Shown here in pieces: positions 11,383 through 21,446 of a stretch of 59,414 nt of DNA. Position numbers and translations under genes: made by a program. This DNA comes from Sphingobacteriia bacterium (GTDB lineage Bacteria; Bacteroidota; Bacteroidia; Bacteroidales; TTA-H9): NCBI GenBank assembly GCA_021286705.1, contig JAJTBW010000002.1:1-59414 (forward strand), written 5' to 3'. The notes beneath the pieces were generated by a model, which was not told the DNA's origin, did not search any database, and worked only from the letters and a program-made list of their open reading frames with translations. Within the stretch, counting starts at the first letter, position 1; every line of letters begins with the position of its first letter.

Positions 11383-12330
11383 CTAATCCAATGCCTCAAT
11401 TAGTTTTGGCAAGACCTGCTGCAAATCACCAATAATCCCATAATCAGCTGCCTCAAAAATCGGAGCCTCAGGATCTTTATTAATTGCCACTATAACCTTT
11501 GACCCACTAATACCGGCTAGGTGTTGAATTGCTCCGCTGATACCCAACGCAACGTATAGTTCAGGAGCTACAATTTTCCCAGTTTGTCCGACATGTTCAT
11601 GGTGAGGGCGCCAACCTTCATCACTAACAGGCCGACTGCAGGCTGTGGCAGCACCAATCCTCTTAGCAAACTCCTCCAAAGCACCCCAGTTCTCGGGACC
11701 TCTCATGCCTCTTCCTCCTGAAACTATTCGACGAGCTTCAGTAAGTGGTAAAGTATCACCAATTTCATTTACCTCAAGCAACTGAATATTAGAAGAGATA
11801 CCACCCGAGAATATGTATGACTCCAATTTATCACACATCTTTGGCTCGAATAAGGTACCAGCTCCTGGTGCTAAAACAATGAAGCGTAATTGTCCATCAA
11901 TGACATAACCTCCTTTAAGTTTGCCAGAATAGATATTACGAGAAAGAGCTGAATCATCAAAGCCGACACCTTGCGTAACACCAGTGAATACTGGTGCACT
12001 CAAAAGACCAGCAGTGTAAGCAACAACGGCACTATTCTCAGTTGCTGAATCAGTAATAAATATAGAGACACTCTTTTCTGATGTCAGATTCTTTAGCCAG
12101 GCGGCACGTGCTGCAATCTGAAAATCTGCAGGGAAATCTTTATCAATTAAAATAACAGTTTCGGCACCCAGATTTTGATAACTATTCTTCATCTCATCAT
12201 TGGCACCTGCCACAGCAACCATAAAAGGAAGCCCCTTTTGAAGTGCTACCTGTTGAGAAAAACCTATTGCCAAAGATGCACCTTGGGTAATCTCTCCGTT
12301 TCTTGTTTCAATATAACATAGTACTGCCAT
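11383..12330 (-). CDS. etfA: electron transfer flavoprotein subunit alpha
   Basis: 315 aa. C-terminal FAD-binding signature [18 protein letters not shown]. Lies directly downstream of etfB. Confidence 0.88.
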   Translation of the reverse strand: MAVLCYIETRNGEITQGASLAIGFSQQVALQKGLPFMVAVAGANDEMKNSYQNLGAETVILIDKDFPADFQIAARAAWLKNLTSEKSVSIFITDSATENSAVVAYTAGLLSAPVFTGVTQGVGFDDSALSRNIYSGKLKGGYVIDGQLRFIVLAPGAGTLFEPKMCDKLESYIFSGGISSNIQLLEVNEIGDTLPLTEARRIVSGGRGMRGPENWGALEEFAKRIGAATACSRPVSDEGWRPHHEHVGQTGKIVAPELYVALGISGAIQHLAGISGSKVIVAINKDPEAPIFEAADYGIIGDLQQVLPKLIEALD

Positions 12331-12348
12331 AATCTTTCCATTTAATAG

Positions 12349-13098
12349 TTAAATTACCCTAGCTTCATTTCTCAAAAGATCGATAAGCTTACCCGCCTCA
12401 TCTGCCGGAACATACTTACAAGCCTGGCGCTTTGCCGGATAACTGTAACCCTTTAATCCGGAAGGCAAAGAACCACTAGAATTGCCTACAACTTGCAACG
12501 GTTTTGTCCTAGCCGACATAACACCCCGCATTGAAGGGATCCTGGGAACAATAGCAATACCCTTTTGGGTAACGATAACTGCTACTCCTGCCAGATTGAT
12601 TGTTTGGGTACCTTGGTTCGATTCACGTTTTACGGAAGCTTTTCCCGCCGTTATATGAAGTGAACTCACATTATTAATCAGATCCAATCCTAAATCTGCA
12701 GCAAGTAAGACACCCGTTATACCACCATTAAAATCAGAAGACTCCAATCCGGTAAGAATTAAATCATACGGCTCACTCTTGAAATAATCAGCCAGAGCCT
12801 TGGCTGTTGAAGCTGAAGAATCAGGTTTAGCATCAATTCTCACAGCTCTGTCAGCTCCCATGGCGAGTGCTTTTCTTATAACAGGTTCAGCATCAACTCC
12901 ACCAACATGAACAACGACTAATTCAGTCACTTGACTATCTGGAGCTTCTCTTAACTCAATTGCACGAGTGAGGGTTAGTTCATCCCACGGATTAATAACC
13001 CATTGTATTCCCTGCGACTCAATCGAGCAATTATCACCAGCTATTTTTATAGGTGTAGTTGTATCAGGTACCTGACTCAGGCAAACTGCTATCTTCAT
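12349..13098 (-). CDS. etfB: electron transfer flavoprotein subunit beta
   Basis: 249 aa. MKI.VC.K.VPD-type N-terminus and ETF-beta length. Adjacent to etfA and an acyl-CoA dehydrogenase gene. Confidence 0.85.
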   Translation of the reverse strand: MKIAVCLSQVPDTTTPIKIAGDNCSIESQGIQWVINPWDELTLTRAIELREAPDSQVTELVVVHVGGVDAEPVIRKALAMGADRAVRIDAKPDSSASTAKALADYFKSEPYDLILTGLESSDFNGGITGVLLAADLGLDLINNVSSLHITAGKASVKRESNQGTQTINLAGVAVIVTQKGIAIVPRIPSMRGVMSARTKPLQVVGNSSGSLPSGLKGYSYPAKRQACKYVPADEAGKLIDLLRNEARVI

Positions 13099-13118
13099 TT
13101 TTACTTTGTATTTGAATA

Positions 13119-14273
13119 TTAAAAGTTAATCTCATTGCGTGAAATAGCTCTTGAGATGACTACCTTCTGAATCTCAGAGGTGCCTTCATAAATCTGAGTC
13201 AACTTAGCCTCACGCATCAATCTTTCAACATGGTATTCTTTAACATAACCATAACCACCATGAATCTGAACCGCTTCTGTTGTCACCTCCATAGCGATAT
13301 CCGCACAATACTGTTTAGCCATAGCACTTGCTATACCATAAGGCTTATGCTGATCTTTTAACCAAGCCGCTTTAAGAACTAATAGTCTTGCGGTTTCAAT
13401 CTTAACAGCCATGTCAGCCAGTTTAAACGCCACAGCCTGATGGTTTATAATCTCTGTGCCAAAAGCTTTCCTCTGTTTTGCATATTTAACGGCCAACTCA
13501 TATGCACCTGAGGCAATGCCTAACGCTTGAGCAGCAATACCTATTCGTCCGCCATCCAAGGTCTGCATGGCAAACTTAAAACCAAAACCATTTTCACCAA
13601 TACGATTTTCTTTAGGAACCTTAACATCGGTAAACATCACAGAATGGGTGTCACTAGAACGCATACCCATCTTATTTTCATGAGGGCCTACACTAATTCC
13701 AGCAGAATGGCGGTCGACAATAAATGCATTAATGCCTTTATGACCTGCTGAAGTATCTGTCTGTGCAATTACCAGATAGGTTGAGGCAGTATTTCCATTA
13801 GTAATCCAGTTCTTTGTACCATTAAGTAGATAAAAATCACCATGATCTTCGGCAGTAGTTCTCTGAGATGTTGCATCAGAACCGGCTTCTGGCTCAGAAA
13901 GCAAGAATGCTCCAATCTTTTCACCACGAGCTAATGGCTTGAGCCATTTCTCCTTTTGCTCCTCATTTCCAAAAGTCTCAAGCCCCCAACATACCAGACT
14001 ATTATTGACCGACATGATAACCGCTACCGAAGAATCAACTTTTGAGATCTCCTCCATAGCAAGTACGTATGAGACAGCATCCATGCCCCCACCATCATAC
14101 TTAGGATCAACCATCATTCCCATAAAACCCAATTCAGCCAAAGCCTTTACATGCTTTTCAGGGTAAATTGATTTTTCGTCACGCTCAATGACATCAAGAA
14201 AAAGCTCACGTTGAGCATAGTCACGGGCAGCTTGCCTGATCATTAATTGCTCTTCAGAAAAGGAGAATTCCAT
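13119..14273 (-). CDS. acyl-CoA dehydrogenase (short/butyryl-CoA type)
   Basis: 384 aa. ACAD signatures GSDA and IYEGTSEIQ, with the catalytic Glu region near the C-terminus. Confidence 0.9.
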   Translation of the reverse strand: MEFSFSEEQLMIRQAARDYAQRELFLDVIERDEKSIYPEKHVKALAELGFMGMMVDPKYDGGGMDAVSYVLAMEEISKVDSSVAVIMSVNNSLVCWGLETFGNEEQKEKWLKPLARGEKIGAFLLSEPEAGSDATSQRTTAEDHGDFYLLNGTKNWITNGNTASTYLVIAQTDTSAGHKGINAFIVDRHSAGISVGPHENKMGMRSSDTHSVMFTDVKVPKENRIGENGFGFKFAMQTLDGGRIGIAAQALGIASGAYELAVKYAKQRKAFGTEIINHQAVAFKLADMAVKIETARLLVLKAAWLKDQHKPYGIASAMAKQYCADIAMEVTTEAVQIHGGYGYVKEYHVERLMREAKLTQIYEGTSEIQKVVISRAISRNEINF

Positions 14274-14340
14274 AACTAATGTTTTTAGGTTAGGTTCGTT
14301 TTGTTCACATACGGTACTCTCAATTTACCAATACGAAAAT

Positions 14341-14374
14341 GCCCGTGTGATAGACATTTAACAATCACACGGGC
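14341..14374 (-). terminator. terminator hairpin downstream of the hydrolase gene
   Basis: GCCCGTGTGAT ... ATCACACGGGC perfect 11-bp stem, followed on the minus strand by ATTTTCGTATT. Confidence 0.45.
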
Positions 14375-14408
14375 TCCCTTGTTTGATTAATTCAAAAAAA
14401 TGTTTGGT

Positions 14409-15206
14409 CTATGGCAATATTAATCCTTCTCTAGCCATGAAAAGTTTAAAACCCTTAATTACTTCGCCACTTTTTTGAAGATGGGGAATATGTCCACAGT
14501 CCTCCATCCATAACAGATCAGGACTTAGCTTTAATAGTTTTTTCAAATGGTCATATTGTGCAACAGAACCAAAATGATCTTCATCACCCTGAATGAAAAG
14601 AACAGGTACATCAATCTTCTTAAGCAAATCATCCATTTGCCACTTGTGCATCTCTCCTGAGAGCCAACAATCAAGCCAATCATAAACAAGATCAGCCGTT
14701 CTTTGCCCATGATATCTGGATAGCTTAAAGAGTGTATCCCCCTTTCCCATAAGAGATCGGGTTTGATTTAAGCCCTGAAAAGTAACCTCCTCAATTATTA
14801 CATGTGGCGCTTCTGCAATGACCGCAACAGGTTTTTTATCCATTGAAGCCGAAGCTGCCAGTGCGATAGTAGCCCCGTCACTATGACCAAATAAGATTAT
14901 ATCATTTTCTACTTCAAGTTTAGATAAAACCTGTGGCAATAAAACTTCAGCCTCATGCCTGATATAATCCATTTTAAACCCATATCTGGAAGCTGACGAC
15001 CTACCATACCCCAAACGATCATAGCTCAACACAGGCAGCCCAGTTGCGACAAACAACGCCTCAGGGAACTCACGCCACATTGCTGTACAACCTAGCCCTT
15101 CATGCAATAAAACTATTACAGGCCTTTCTGAATCAATTGCAGTTTTACCCCACCATTGATAAAAGATTTGACTACCATCATCAAGCACTATTTTGCTCAT
15201 CTTCAT
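14409..15206 (-). CDS. alpha/beta-fold hydrolase
   Basis: 265 aa. Nucleophile elbow GHSDG (GxSxG), an HEGLG oxyanion-type region, and His near the C-terminus (CGHIPH). Confidence 0.75.
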   Translation of the reverse strand: MKMSKIVLDDGSQIFYQWWGKTAIDSERPVIVLLHEGLGCTAMWREFPEALFVATGLPVLSYDRLGYGRSSASRYGFKMDYIRHEAEVLLPQVLSKLEVENDIILFGHSDGATIALAASASMDKKPVAVIAEAPHVIIEEVTFQGLNQTRSLMGKGDTLFKLSRYHGQRTADLVYDWLDCWLSGEMHKWQMDDLLKKIDVPVLFIQGDEDHFGSVAQYDHLKKLLKLSPDLLWMEDCGHIPHLQKSGEVIKGFKLFMAREGLILP

Positions 15207-15293
15207 ATTCTATTTTACTATTAATCTATCCCGACTAATAATAGGAATTAACCGAATGATATGATCAACCATTTTCCAAAGGAAACCAAAGGA

Positions 15294-16241
15294 CTATTCC
15301 ATCAACTTTAGACGATTAAGCGCATCATTAAATGAGCTTTTTAACTCATCAAAGATCTCATTGACTGATTTCACACTTTCAATACAGCCGGCTATCTGCC
15401 CTATCTCAAGCTCTCCATTTTCCATATCTCCTTCAAACATCCCAATTCGTGCCCTCCCCTTTCCGAGCAAATCTTTTAATTCATCAGCAGAGCCACCATT
15501 AAGTTCCAACTCTTTCACCTCATTGTAAAACCTGTTTTTTAACAGTCTAGTGGCACCAATCTTTTTAAGAACCAAATCTGTAGCCCCATCACCAGCACTA
15601 ACTATCAATGCCTTAAACGAGTCATGAGCCGAAGATTCACGAGCTGCAGCAAAAAGAGAACCAATCTGTACACCATCAGCACCCATAGCCATTAAACCAA
15701 GAATAGCCTCACCTGATCCAATGCCACCAGCAGCTAAAAGCGGAACTCGAATATGCTTTCTCAAAAGTTGCATCAAGACGAGTGTTGATGTCTCTTCAGT
15801 GCCATTATGTCCACCAGCTTCAAAACCTTCAAAGACAATTGCATCAACCCCCGCCTCTTGACTTTTTAAAGCGAACTTCAGATTAGATACCACATGAATA
15901 ACCTTAATCCCAGCTTCATGAAATCGGGAAGTATACTTTGAGGGACTTCCTGCTGAGGTTATTATAACGGGAACCTTCTCCTCAATCATAACTTCAATCA
16001 ACTGATCTGCATGAGCATACATTAATGGAACATTGACACCAAAAGGTTTCTCAGTGGCAGCTTTGATCTTCCGGATATGGTCTTTAAGAACTTCAGGATA
16101 CATACTACCCGAACCTATTATACCCAACCCACCTGCCTCAGAAACAGCACAAGCAAGTCGCCATCCTGAGCACCAAACCATCCCACCTTGTATCACAGGG
16201 TACTTAACCCCGAATATCTCTGTAAATGATGTTTTAATCAT
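15294..16241 (-). CDS. NAD(P)H-dependent flavin oxidoreductase (nitronate monooxygenase / FabK-like)
   Basis: 315 aa. TIM-barrel FMN family pattern with PVIQGGM, FEGFEAGGH and AAGGIGSG. Confidence 0.8.
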   Translation of the reverse strand: MIKTSFTEIFGVKYPVIQGGMVWCSGWRLACAVSEAGGLGIIGSGSMYPEVLKDHIRKIKAATEKPFGVNVPLMYAHADQLIEVMIEEKVPVIITSAGSPSKYTSRFHEAGIKVIHVVSNLKFALKSQEAGVDAIVFEGFEAGGHNGTEETSTLVLMQLLRKHIRVPLLAAGGIGSGEAILGLMAMGADGVQIGSLFAAARESSAHDSFKALIVSAGDGATDLVLKKIGATRLLKNRFYNEVKELELNGGSADELKDLLGKGRARIGMFEGDMENGELEIGQIAGCIESVKSVNEIFDELKSSFNDALNRLKLME

Positions 16242-16344
16242 ATCTAATATAATTAAATCTTACTAGCTTCCTCCAGCTAGAAAATTGCCTATTCTATGGG
16301 GCAAAGGTAGTCATACCTATCGAAAGCAACGAAACATGAGCTAT

Positions 16345-16383
16345 CCTCGAATCTTGAATCCTCGAATCTTGAATCCTCGATCC
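16345..16383. repeat. 15-bp tandem repeat CCTCGAATCTTGAAT x2.6
   Basis: Read directly. Two perfect units plus a partial third, in an intergenic region. Confidence 0.9.
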
Positions 16384-16596
16384 CTACATCCATACCCTAC
16401 CATCATCTTTTAATTCCCTTAACTCAGAAATCAACTATTGATTTTCATTACTAGACCAAACAATTTCTAAATATAATCATCAAAAACAAAAAGATTGGAA
16501 CGAAATTTGAAGGTAAGAGATCATGTTAACTACCGAACAATGTTAACACTTTGAAAAATCCGGAATAGAAAAAAAGTATCGAGTTTGTTAAAAAAG

Positions 16597-16640
16597 AAGC
16601 CATGAGTAAAGAAAAAGTTCTTACTCATGGCTTAATTTTT
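16597..16640. terminator. bidirectional terminator-like hairpin in the 550-bp gap downstream of the thiolase-like gene
   Basis: AAGCCATGAGTAA ... TTACTCATGGCTT perfect 13-bp stem, with an A-run on the left and a T-run on the right. Confidence 0.45.
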
Positions 16641-16820
16641 CGGGTTCTCAACAAAAAAACCCTTATGTCGAAATAAATTCTATCAAAAAAAAGGCTGTTC
16701 CAATTGTTCTAACCTATTGTCTATGAGGAAAAATGAATGATATGCCTTGGGGTACATATCCGAAAAATCCGGAACAGCCTGCGACAAATATAAGTAATTA
16801 AGTCTACCACATGCAAATTT

Positions 16821-18056
16821 TTAGTGGTTTTTTTTGTAGACAATTGCAACAACCGTAACATCATCACCGCCCATATTGATACTCAGCGCATAAGGCTTAT
16901 CAGGATTAATAATGATTTGAGCGGCACCCGCTTTTCCGGTTAATTGCTCCCACACAGTGACAGCCTGATGCACACCTGTTGCTCCGGTTGGGTGCCCCCA
17001 ACCAATCAAACCACCGGTAGTGTTAATAGGCATTACACCATCCCGAGCTGTGGCACCATCTGCTACAAAAGCTGCACCCTGCCCGTGAGCTGCCAAACCC
17101 ATAGCCTCAACGCCAAGTACACCAGCAATGGTAAAACAGTCGTGTGTTTCAACCGTCGAGACCTGGTTCATCGAGATTCCTGCAGATTTTAAAGCCTTAG
17201 CTACAGCCAAGCGGGTAGCACTCATTACAGTAAGATCTTCGGGATCAGCTGTGATATCACGTGCCACCTGAGACCAGCCAGCGATTTCTACTGCATCCTC
17301 TGGATTGATACCACATTTTTTCAAACCCTCCTCAGAAAGCACTAAAATAGCACTCGCTCCATCAGAGACTTTTGAACAATCATAGACATTCAGATGATCG
17401 ACAAAGAACTTACCATTAGGTTCAGTTAGAGCCAACGCCTCAAGGTCGACTACCTTATTCTCAAACTCCTGAGCTGTAGGACAGAGTCTTGCATTCTCAA
17501 TAGCATTCTTAAACCATCGGGCTAATCCTTTACGAGTATAATCTCTGCCAAATCTTTCATAATAGGCACCAGCGCGATTACTAAACTGACCAGGAAAGAA
17601 ATAGGCATGACCACTCTTTCTTTTCTGATACCAGCCAGCGGCAGCTAATACATCAGCGCCATAGATAGCTTTCAGTGTATTTTGAACCTCGACACCCATT
17701 GCTAAAACAACATCACCAGTGCCTGCAAGTACTGATCGGATAGCTGAGGCGAGAGCCAAACCACCTGAGGCACATGCCCCTTCAACACGCATGGCAGGCT
17801 TTCCTGCTAAGGCTGGATCAATCATAGGGATAAAGCCCCCCAAGTGAGCCTGCTTATTAAAAAGAGAGGCCTGGAAGTTTCCAATGAATGCCTCATCAAT
17901 TAAATCTCCCTGTTGATTTATACCAGCAATGACAGCTTTTCCTGCCTCTGAAATATAATGTTCTAAACCCGGACGGGGTTTTGCGGGATGAAACTCAGGA
18001 CGGCCTGTTCCCATTGAGATGGTGTTATAACCAACGGCCATATATACTTTCTTCAT
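16821..18056 (-). CDS. thiolase-like protein (acetyl-CoA C-acyltransferase family, SCP-x-type)
   Basis: 411 aa. Active-site Cys context EGACASGG and a C-terminal GGLIGWGHPTGATG region. Confidence 0.75.
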   Translation of the reverse strand: MKKVYMAVGYNTISMGTGRPEFHPAKPRPGLEHYISEAGKAVIAGINQQGDLIDEAFIGNFQASLFNKQAHLGGFIPMIDPALAGKPAMRVEGACASGGLALASAIRSVLAGTGDVVLAMGVEVQNTLKAIYGADVLAAAGWYQKRKSGHAYFFPGQFSNRAGAYYERFGRDYTRKGLARWFKNAIENARLCPTAQEFENKVVDLEALALTEPNGKFFVDHLNVYDCSKVSDGASAILVLSEEGLKKCGINPEDAVEIAGWSQVARDITADPEDLTVMSATRLAVAKALKSAGISMNQVSTVETHDCFTIAGVLGVEAMGLAAHGQGAAFVADGATARDGVMPINTTGGLIGWGHPTGATGVHQAVTVWEQLTGKAGAAQIIINPDKPYALSINMGGDDVTVVAIVYKKNH

Positions 18057-18159
18057 CTGTTCTTAATTATGGATTTAACACTAGGTTAAATAGCCCCAAT
18101 TTGAAATAAATCCGCAATTGATCCATAAACCAGAGCTAATTTGACGCAATATTTATGAA

Positions 18160-19491
18160 TTAAAAGCTATGAACCGGTCCATACGAGTGGAAAAAGCCGG
18201 TGGTCAACACTACATTAACATCCTTTGTAGAAGCAGCTACGCCATCATCAACGAGAGCCTGTCCGACCTTACCAGAATAACTATTGTATTCTAATGCCAT
18301 AACCGCACCAGTCTCACTGCAGTTCCTTAAAATCTCAAAGTGCTTCTTCAGGTAATCCTCACGATTTGCCATCTTCATAACATTCTGCCAAGGTTGAATA
18401 CCTTCCGGCATCTTGCCTAACCATGCATCAACAACTGGAATAACCTCATCGGCATTTGCATACTGTTTTGCCTCAGGATCCCAGATAGCAATGATCTTTC
18501 CTTTTGCATACTTGAATATGCCATCTTTTTGTGACCCATCCGGAAACTGACCACCTTTAACTCCCATTGTTATTAATGAGTCAATAAAATCGCTATGCAG
18601 ATTCTTGCCCGGGATAAATTTATCCATTACACTTAGGATATATTGACAGACATCAATACCAACATAATCCATAAGTTGAAAGATACCCATAGGTCTAACC
18701 AGATACTCCCTCGAAATCTTATCCATCATTAAGATAGAAGCCGGAATTGAGAAATCTCTTGAAGCTTTCGTCATTTGAGAAATTGCATAAAGCAGATCCC
18801 GCATAAAATGGCCATTTCCGATAAAGCCAGCGATATCATTCGAGATCACAACCGTTTTCTTAAGAGCTTTTGCCCATTGTTCGGCGAAAGTTGCAAGCTC
18901 TGGCAGAGTATTCTTTGCAGGAATCAATTCAAGTAACTTCTGAATGGCTGGAGGGTTATAGAAGTGAAAACCAACTAGTCTGCCAGACAGATTAGATCTT
19001 TCATCAAGATACCCAATAGGGATTGAAGAGGTATTAGTAAAAAACCAAGGCTCTCGCTGAGAATTCTGATCTATTTGAGTGAACAACTTAACCTTCAGAT
19101 CAGGATTTTCACTTGCTGCTTCAAAGACGAGATAGCTATCATAGGCAGACTCTAGTCTTTGAGTGAAGTTTACTATTGACAGAGCATCCGAAACATACCG
19201 GTTTATGAAATCAGAGTTATCAACCAATGAAGCTTCTGACTTGTAAACCTCGCGCAACCAAACACATTTCTTCTCAGCTGCTTTTAAAACCTGTGTCTCC
19301 AGATATTTCCTTAAACCCCTAAGAGTATCAAGGTTTGGATCTATCGCCTGAATCACAGGAGAGAATGACTCTCCTTGATTAGAAAGCTTCATATCAAGTA
19401 ACTGCATAGTAGTGAGAAGCATAATACCGCTTCCCATCTTACCAGCCGCACCTAAAACGGCAACATTTGTTAATCGAATATTGGTTTCCAT
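18160..19491 (-). CDS. 3-hydroxyacyl-CoA dehydrogenase family protein (long form)
   Basis: 443 aa. N-terminal Rossmann VAVLGAAGKMGSGI and an HFYNPP motif typical of 3HCDH. Confidence 0.75.
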   Translation of the reverse strand: METNIRLTNVAVLGAAGKMGSGIMLLTTMQLLDMKLSNQGESFSPVIQAIDPNLDTLRGLRKYLETQVLKAAEKKCVWLREVYKSEASLVDNSDFINRYVSDALSIVNFTQRLESAYDSYLVFEAASENPDLKVKLFTQIDQNSQREPWFFTNTSSIPIGYLDERSNLSGRLVGFHFYNPPAIQKLLELIPAKNTLPELATFAEQWAKALKKTVVISNDIAGFIGNGHFMRDLLYAISQMTKASRDFSIPASILMMDKISREYLVRPMGIFQLMDYVGIDVCQYILSVMDKFIPGKNLHSDFIDSLITMGVKGGQFPDGSQKDGIFKYAKGKIIAIWDPEAKQYANADEVIPVVDAWLGKMPEGIQPWQNVMKMANREDYLKKHFEILRNCSETGAVMALEYNSYSGKVGQALVDDGVAASTKDVNVVLTTGFFHSYGPVHSF

Positions 19492-19501
19492 TATTTATTA
19501 T

Positions 19502-20275
19502 TTATAAGTTCCAGTTTGGTTTACGTTTTTCTAAAAAGGCGGTCATCCCTTCAGCCGACTGATTTTCTGGTGTAAACAATGACCCAAAAACTTGCGCTTC
19601 CAATTCAAGACCATCAGCCAAAGAGAGGTCAGCTGATAGATTCACCACTTTCTTCACCGTTGAAACTGCATTTGGTCCCATTCCAACAATTTTATTACAA
19701 TAATCAACAGCAGTTTCAATTAATTGCTCACTTGCAACTACCTTCTGAAGCAACCCTAACTGATAAGCTTCATTTGCATCAACCATCATTCCACTGCATA
19801 AGAGCATCATTGCATTTCCTTTTCCTATCAGACGTGGTAAGCGTTGAGTTCCTCCAAATCCAGGTATTAAACCCAAACTAACCTCTGGCATTCCCATTTT
19901 AGCCCTCTCTGATCCAAAACGAATATCACATGATAATGCCAACTCAAGTCCTCCTCCTAAAGCAAATCCATTGATTGCAGCAACTACAGGAACGTGAAGT
20001 GCAGCTATTCTTGCAAATGTTTTCTGTCCTATCTTGCCAAATTCCTCACCCTGTGAAACCGACATCCCACGCATCGCTGCAATATCTGCCCCGGCAACAA
20101 AAGCTTTACCAGCTCCCGTTACTATTAGAGCCCTTAAACCAGACTCCCTCTCAAGCTCATCAAGATGTTGATTTAACTCTTTGAAAACATCGGCATTCAA
20201 GGCATTTAACGCCTCAGGCCTGTTAATGGTGAGCATAGTAATTCCACCATCAAGATCCTTTCTTTCTATTAGCAT
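19502..20275 (-). CDS. enoyl-CoA hydratase (crotonase family)
   Basis: 257 aa. FVAGADI, GGGLELALSCD and MPEVSLGLIPGFGGTQRL motifs. Confidence 0.9.
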   Translation of the reverse strand: MLIERKDLDGGITMLTINRPEALNALNADVFKELNQHLDELERESGLRALIVTGAGKAFVAGADIAAMRGMSVSQGEEFGKIGQKTFARIAALHVPVVAAINGFALGGGLELALSCDIRFGSERAKMGMPEVSLGLIPGFGGTQRLPRLIGKGNAMMLLCSGMMVDANEAYQLGLLQKVVASEQLIETAVDYCNKIVGMGPNAVSTVKKVVNLSADLSLADGLELEAQVFGSLFTPENQSAEGMTAFLEKRKPNWNL

Positions 20276-20581
20276 GTTGTTATACCTGTTAGATTAGTAT
20301 CGCAATCGTTTGTTAAACCGATTCAATAAAGAATCAAAGATATTAATAATCGGATATGACTAACATAAGGAAGTCTGGGACTAGCCTATTTTTTTCTTTA
20401 CTCATTTACATTCATCCCTTCAAAATAAACCAACTAGTCAATCGACTTCAAAATACATTCAGCCATAACAAAAACCTGATTTTAAAAACCATAGACTCAT
20501 ACATCACCTTATCCTTACAACTTTTTCCAACCAAAAGCAAAGTGATCTAAATCTTAATTGGAACATCGCACAACTCTTCCT

Positions 20582-20589
20582 TACCTTTG
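20582..20589 (+). promoter_or_regulatory. -7 promoter motif TACCTTTG upstream of rpe
   Basis: Exact TAnnTTTG match 26 nt upstream of the ATG at 20615. Confidence 0.45.
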
Positions 20590-20614
20590 TAAAAATAAAT
20601 TGAACTATCCCACC

Positions 20615-21271
20615 ATGCCTCTAATTGCCCCTTCCCTACTTTCAGCTGATTTCGGCCACCTGGCGGATGAAATCGAAATGCTCAACAGAAGCCAAGCCGA
20701 TTGGATTCATCTAGATATTATGGACGGTCAATTTGTACCCAATATCTCTTTCGGATTACCTGTGGTAAAAGCCGTAAAAAAACTAACATCTAAACCTCTT
20801 GATGTCCACCTAATGATAGTTCATCCTGAGAAGTATATTAGCTCTTTTGCTGAGGCAGGAGCTGACATACTAACTGTTCACTACGAAGCTGTTACCCATC
20901 TTCACCGAACCATTGATCAAATTAAATCGGAAGGAATGAAAGCTGGTGTGGTACTGAATCCGCATACCCCGGTTTCGCTTCTCGAAGATATTATTAAAGA
21001 GTTAGACTTAGTTTTACTAATGTCAGTTAATCCCGGCTTTGGTGGGCAGAAATTCATTGAGCAAACCTATAGAAAGATTGCTAAACTACGTGACCTGGCA
21101 CTAAACAATAACCATAACTTACTAATTGAAGTTGATGGCGGTGTGACTCTTGAAAATGCGCCCAAACTCTTCGCAGAAGGAGCTGATGTATTAGTTGCTG
21201 GAAATACGGTTTTTGTAGCTACTGACCCTATTAAGATGATTGAGAGTTTAAAGAAACCAGTGAAAGGATAG
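20615..21271 (+). CDS. rpe: ribulose-phosphate 3-epimerase
   Basis: PSLLSADF, HLDIMDG, VHLM, NPGFGGQKF and VDGG motifs. The ORF-track start at 20558 is a TTG extension that overlaps the promoter motif. Confidence 0.92.
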   Translation: MPLIAPSLLSADFGHLADEIEMLNRSQADWIHLDIMDGQFVPNISFGLPVVKAVKKLTSKPLDVHLMIVHPEKYISSFAEAGADILTVHYEAVTHLHRTIDQIKSEGMKAGVVLNPHTPVSLLEDIIKELDLVLLMSVNPGFGGQKFIEQTYRKIAKLRDLALNNNHNLLIEVDGGVTLENAPKLFAEGADVLVAGNTVFVATDPIKMIESLKKPVKG

Positions 21272-21334
21272 ACTGGGAGACTGGGAGACTGAGGGACTGG
21301 GAGACTAGGAGACTGGGAGACTAGGAGACTGGGG
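21271..21334. repeat. 8-bp tandem repeat GACTGGGA x8 (variants GACTGAGG, GACTAGGA, GACTGGGG)
   Basis: Read directly. Starts at the last base of the rpe stop codon. Confidence 0.9.
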
Positions 21335-21446
21335 GATCGAAGTATAGAAGCATCTTTCGCTTATTATACCACTTTTAGTATTTACAGGAGCTAATAAGTT
21401 TTAGTGCTCGAATGGATGATATATTCGCAGAACCTATCTGCGAGCA

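Noticed and set aside
11244-11435. 63-aa plus-strand ORF between feoB and etfA
   Set aside because: It spans the 19-bp perfect inverted-repeat terminator and overlaps the etfA 3' end. It is low-complexity and Lys/Ser-rich.
20356-20550. 64-aa plus-strand ORF upstream of rpe
   Set aside because: It lies in the divergent promoter region between the crotonase gene and rpe. It has no motif and probably reflects AT-rich promoter DNA.
21271-21334. Tandem repeat considered as a CRISPR-like array
   Set aside because: The units are 8 bp and contiguous with no spacers, and no cas genes are in the window. It is a microsatellite, not CRISPR.
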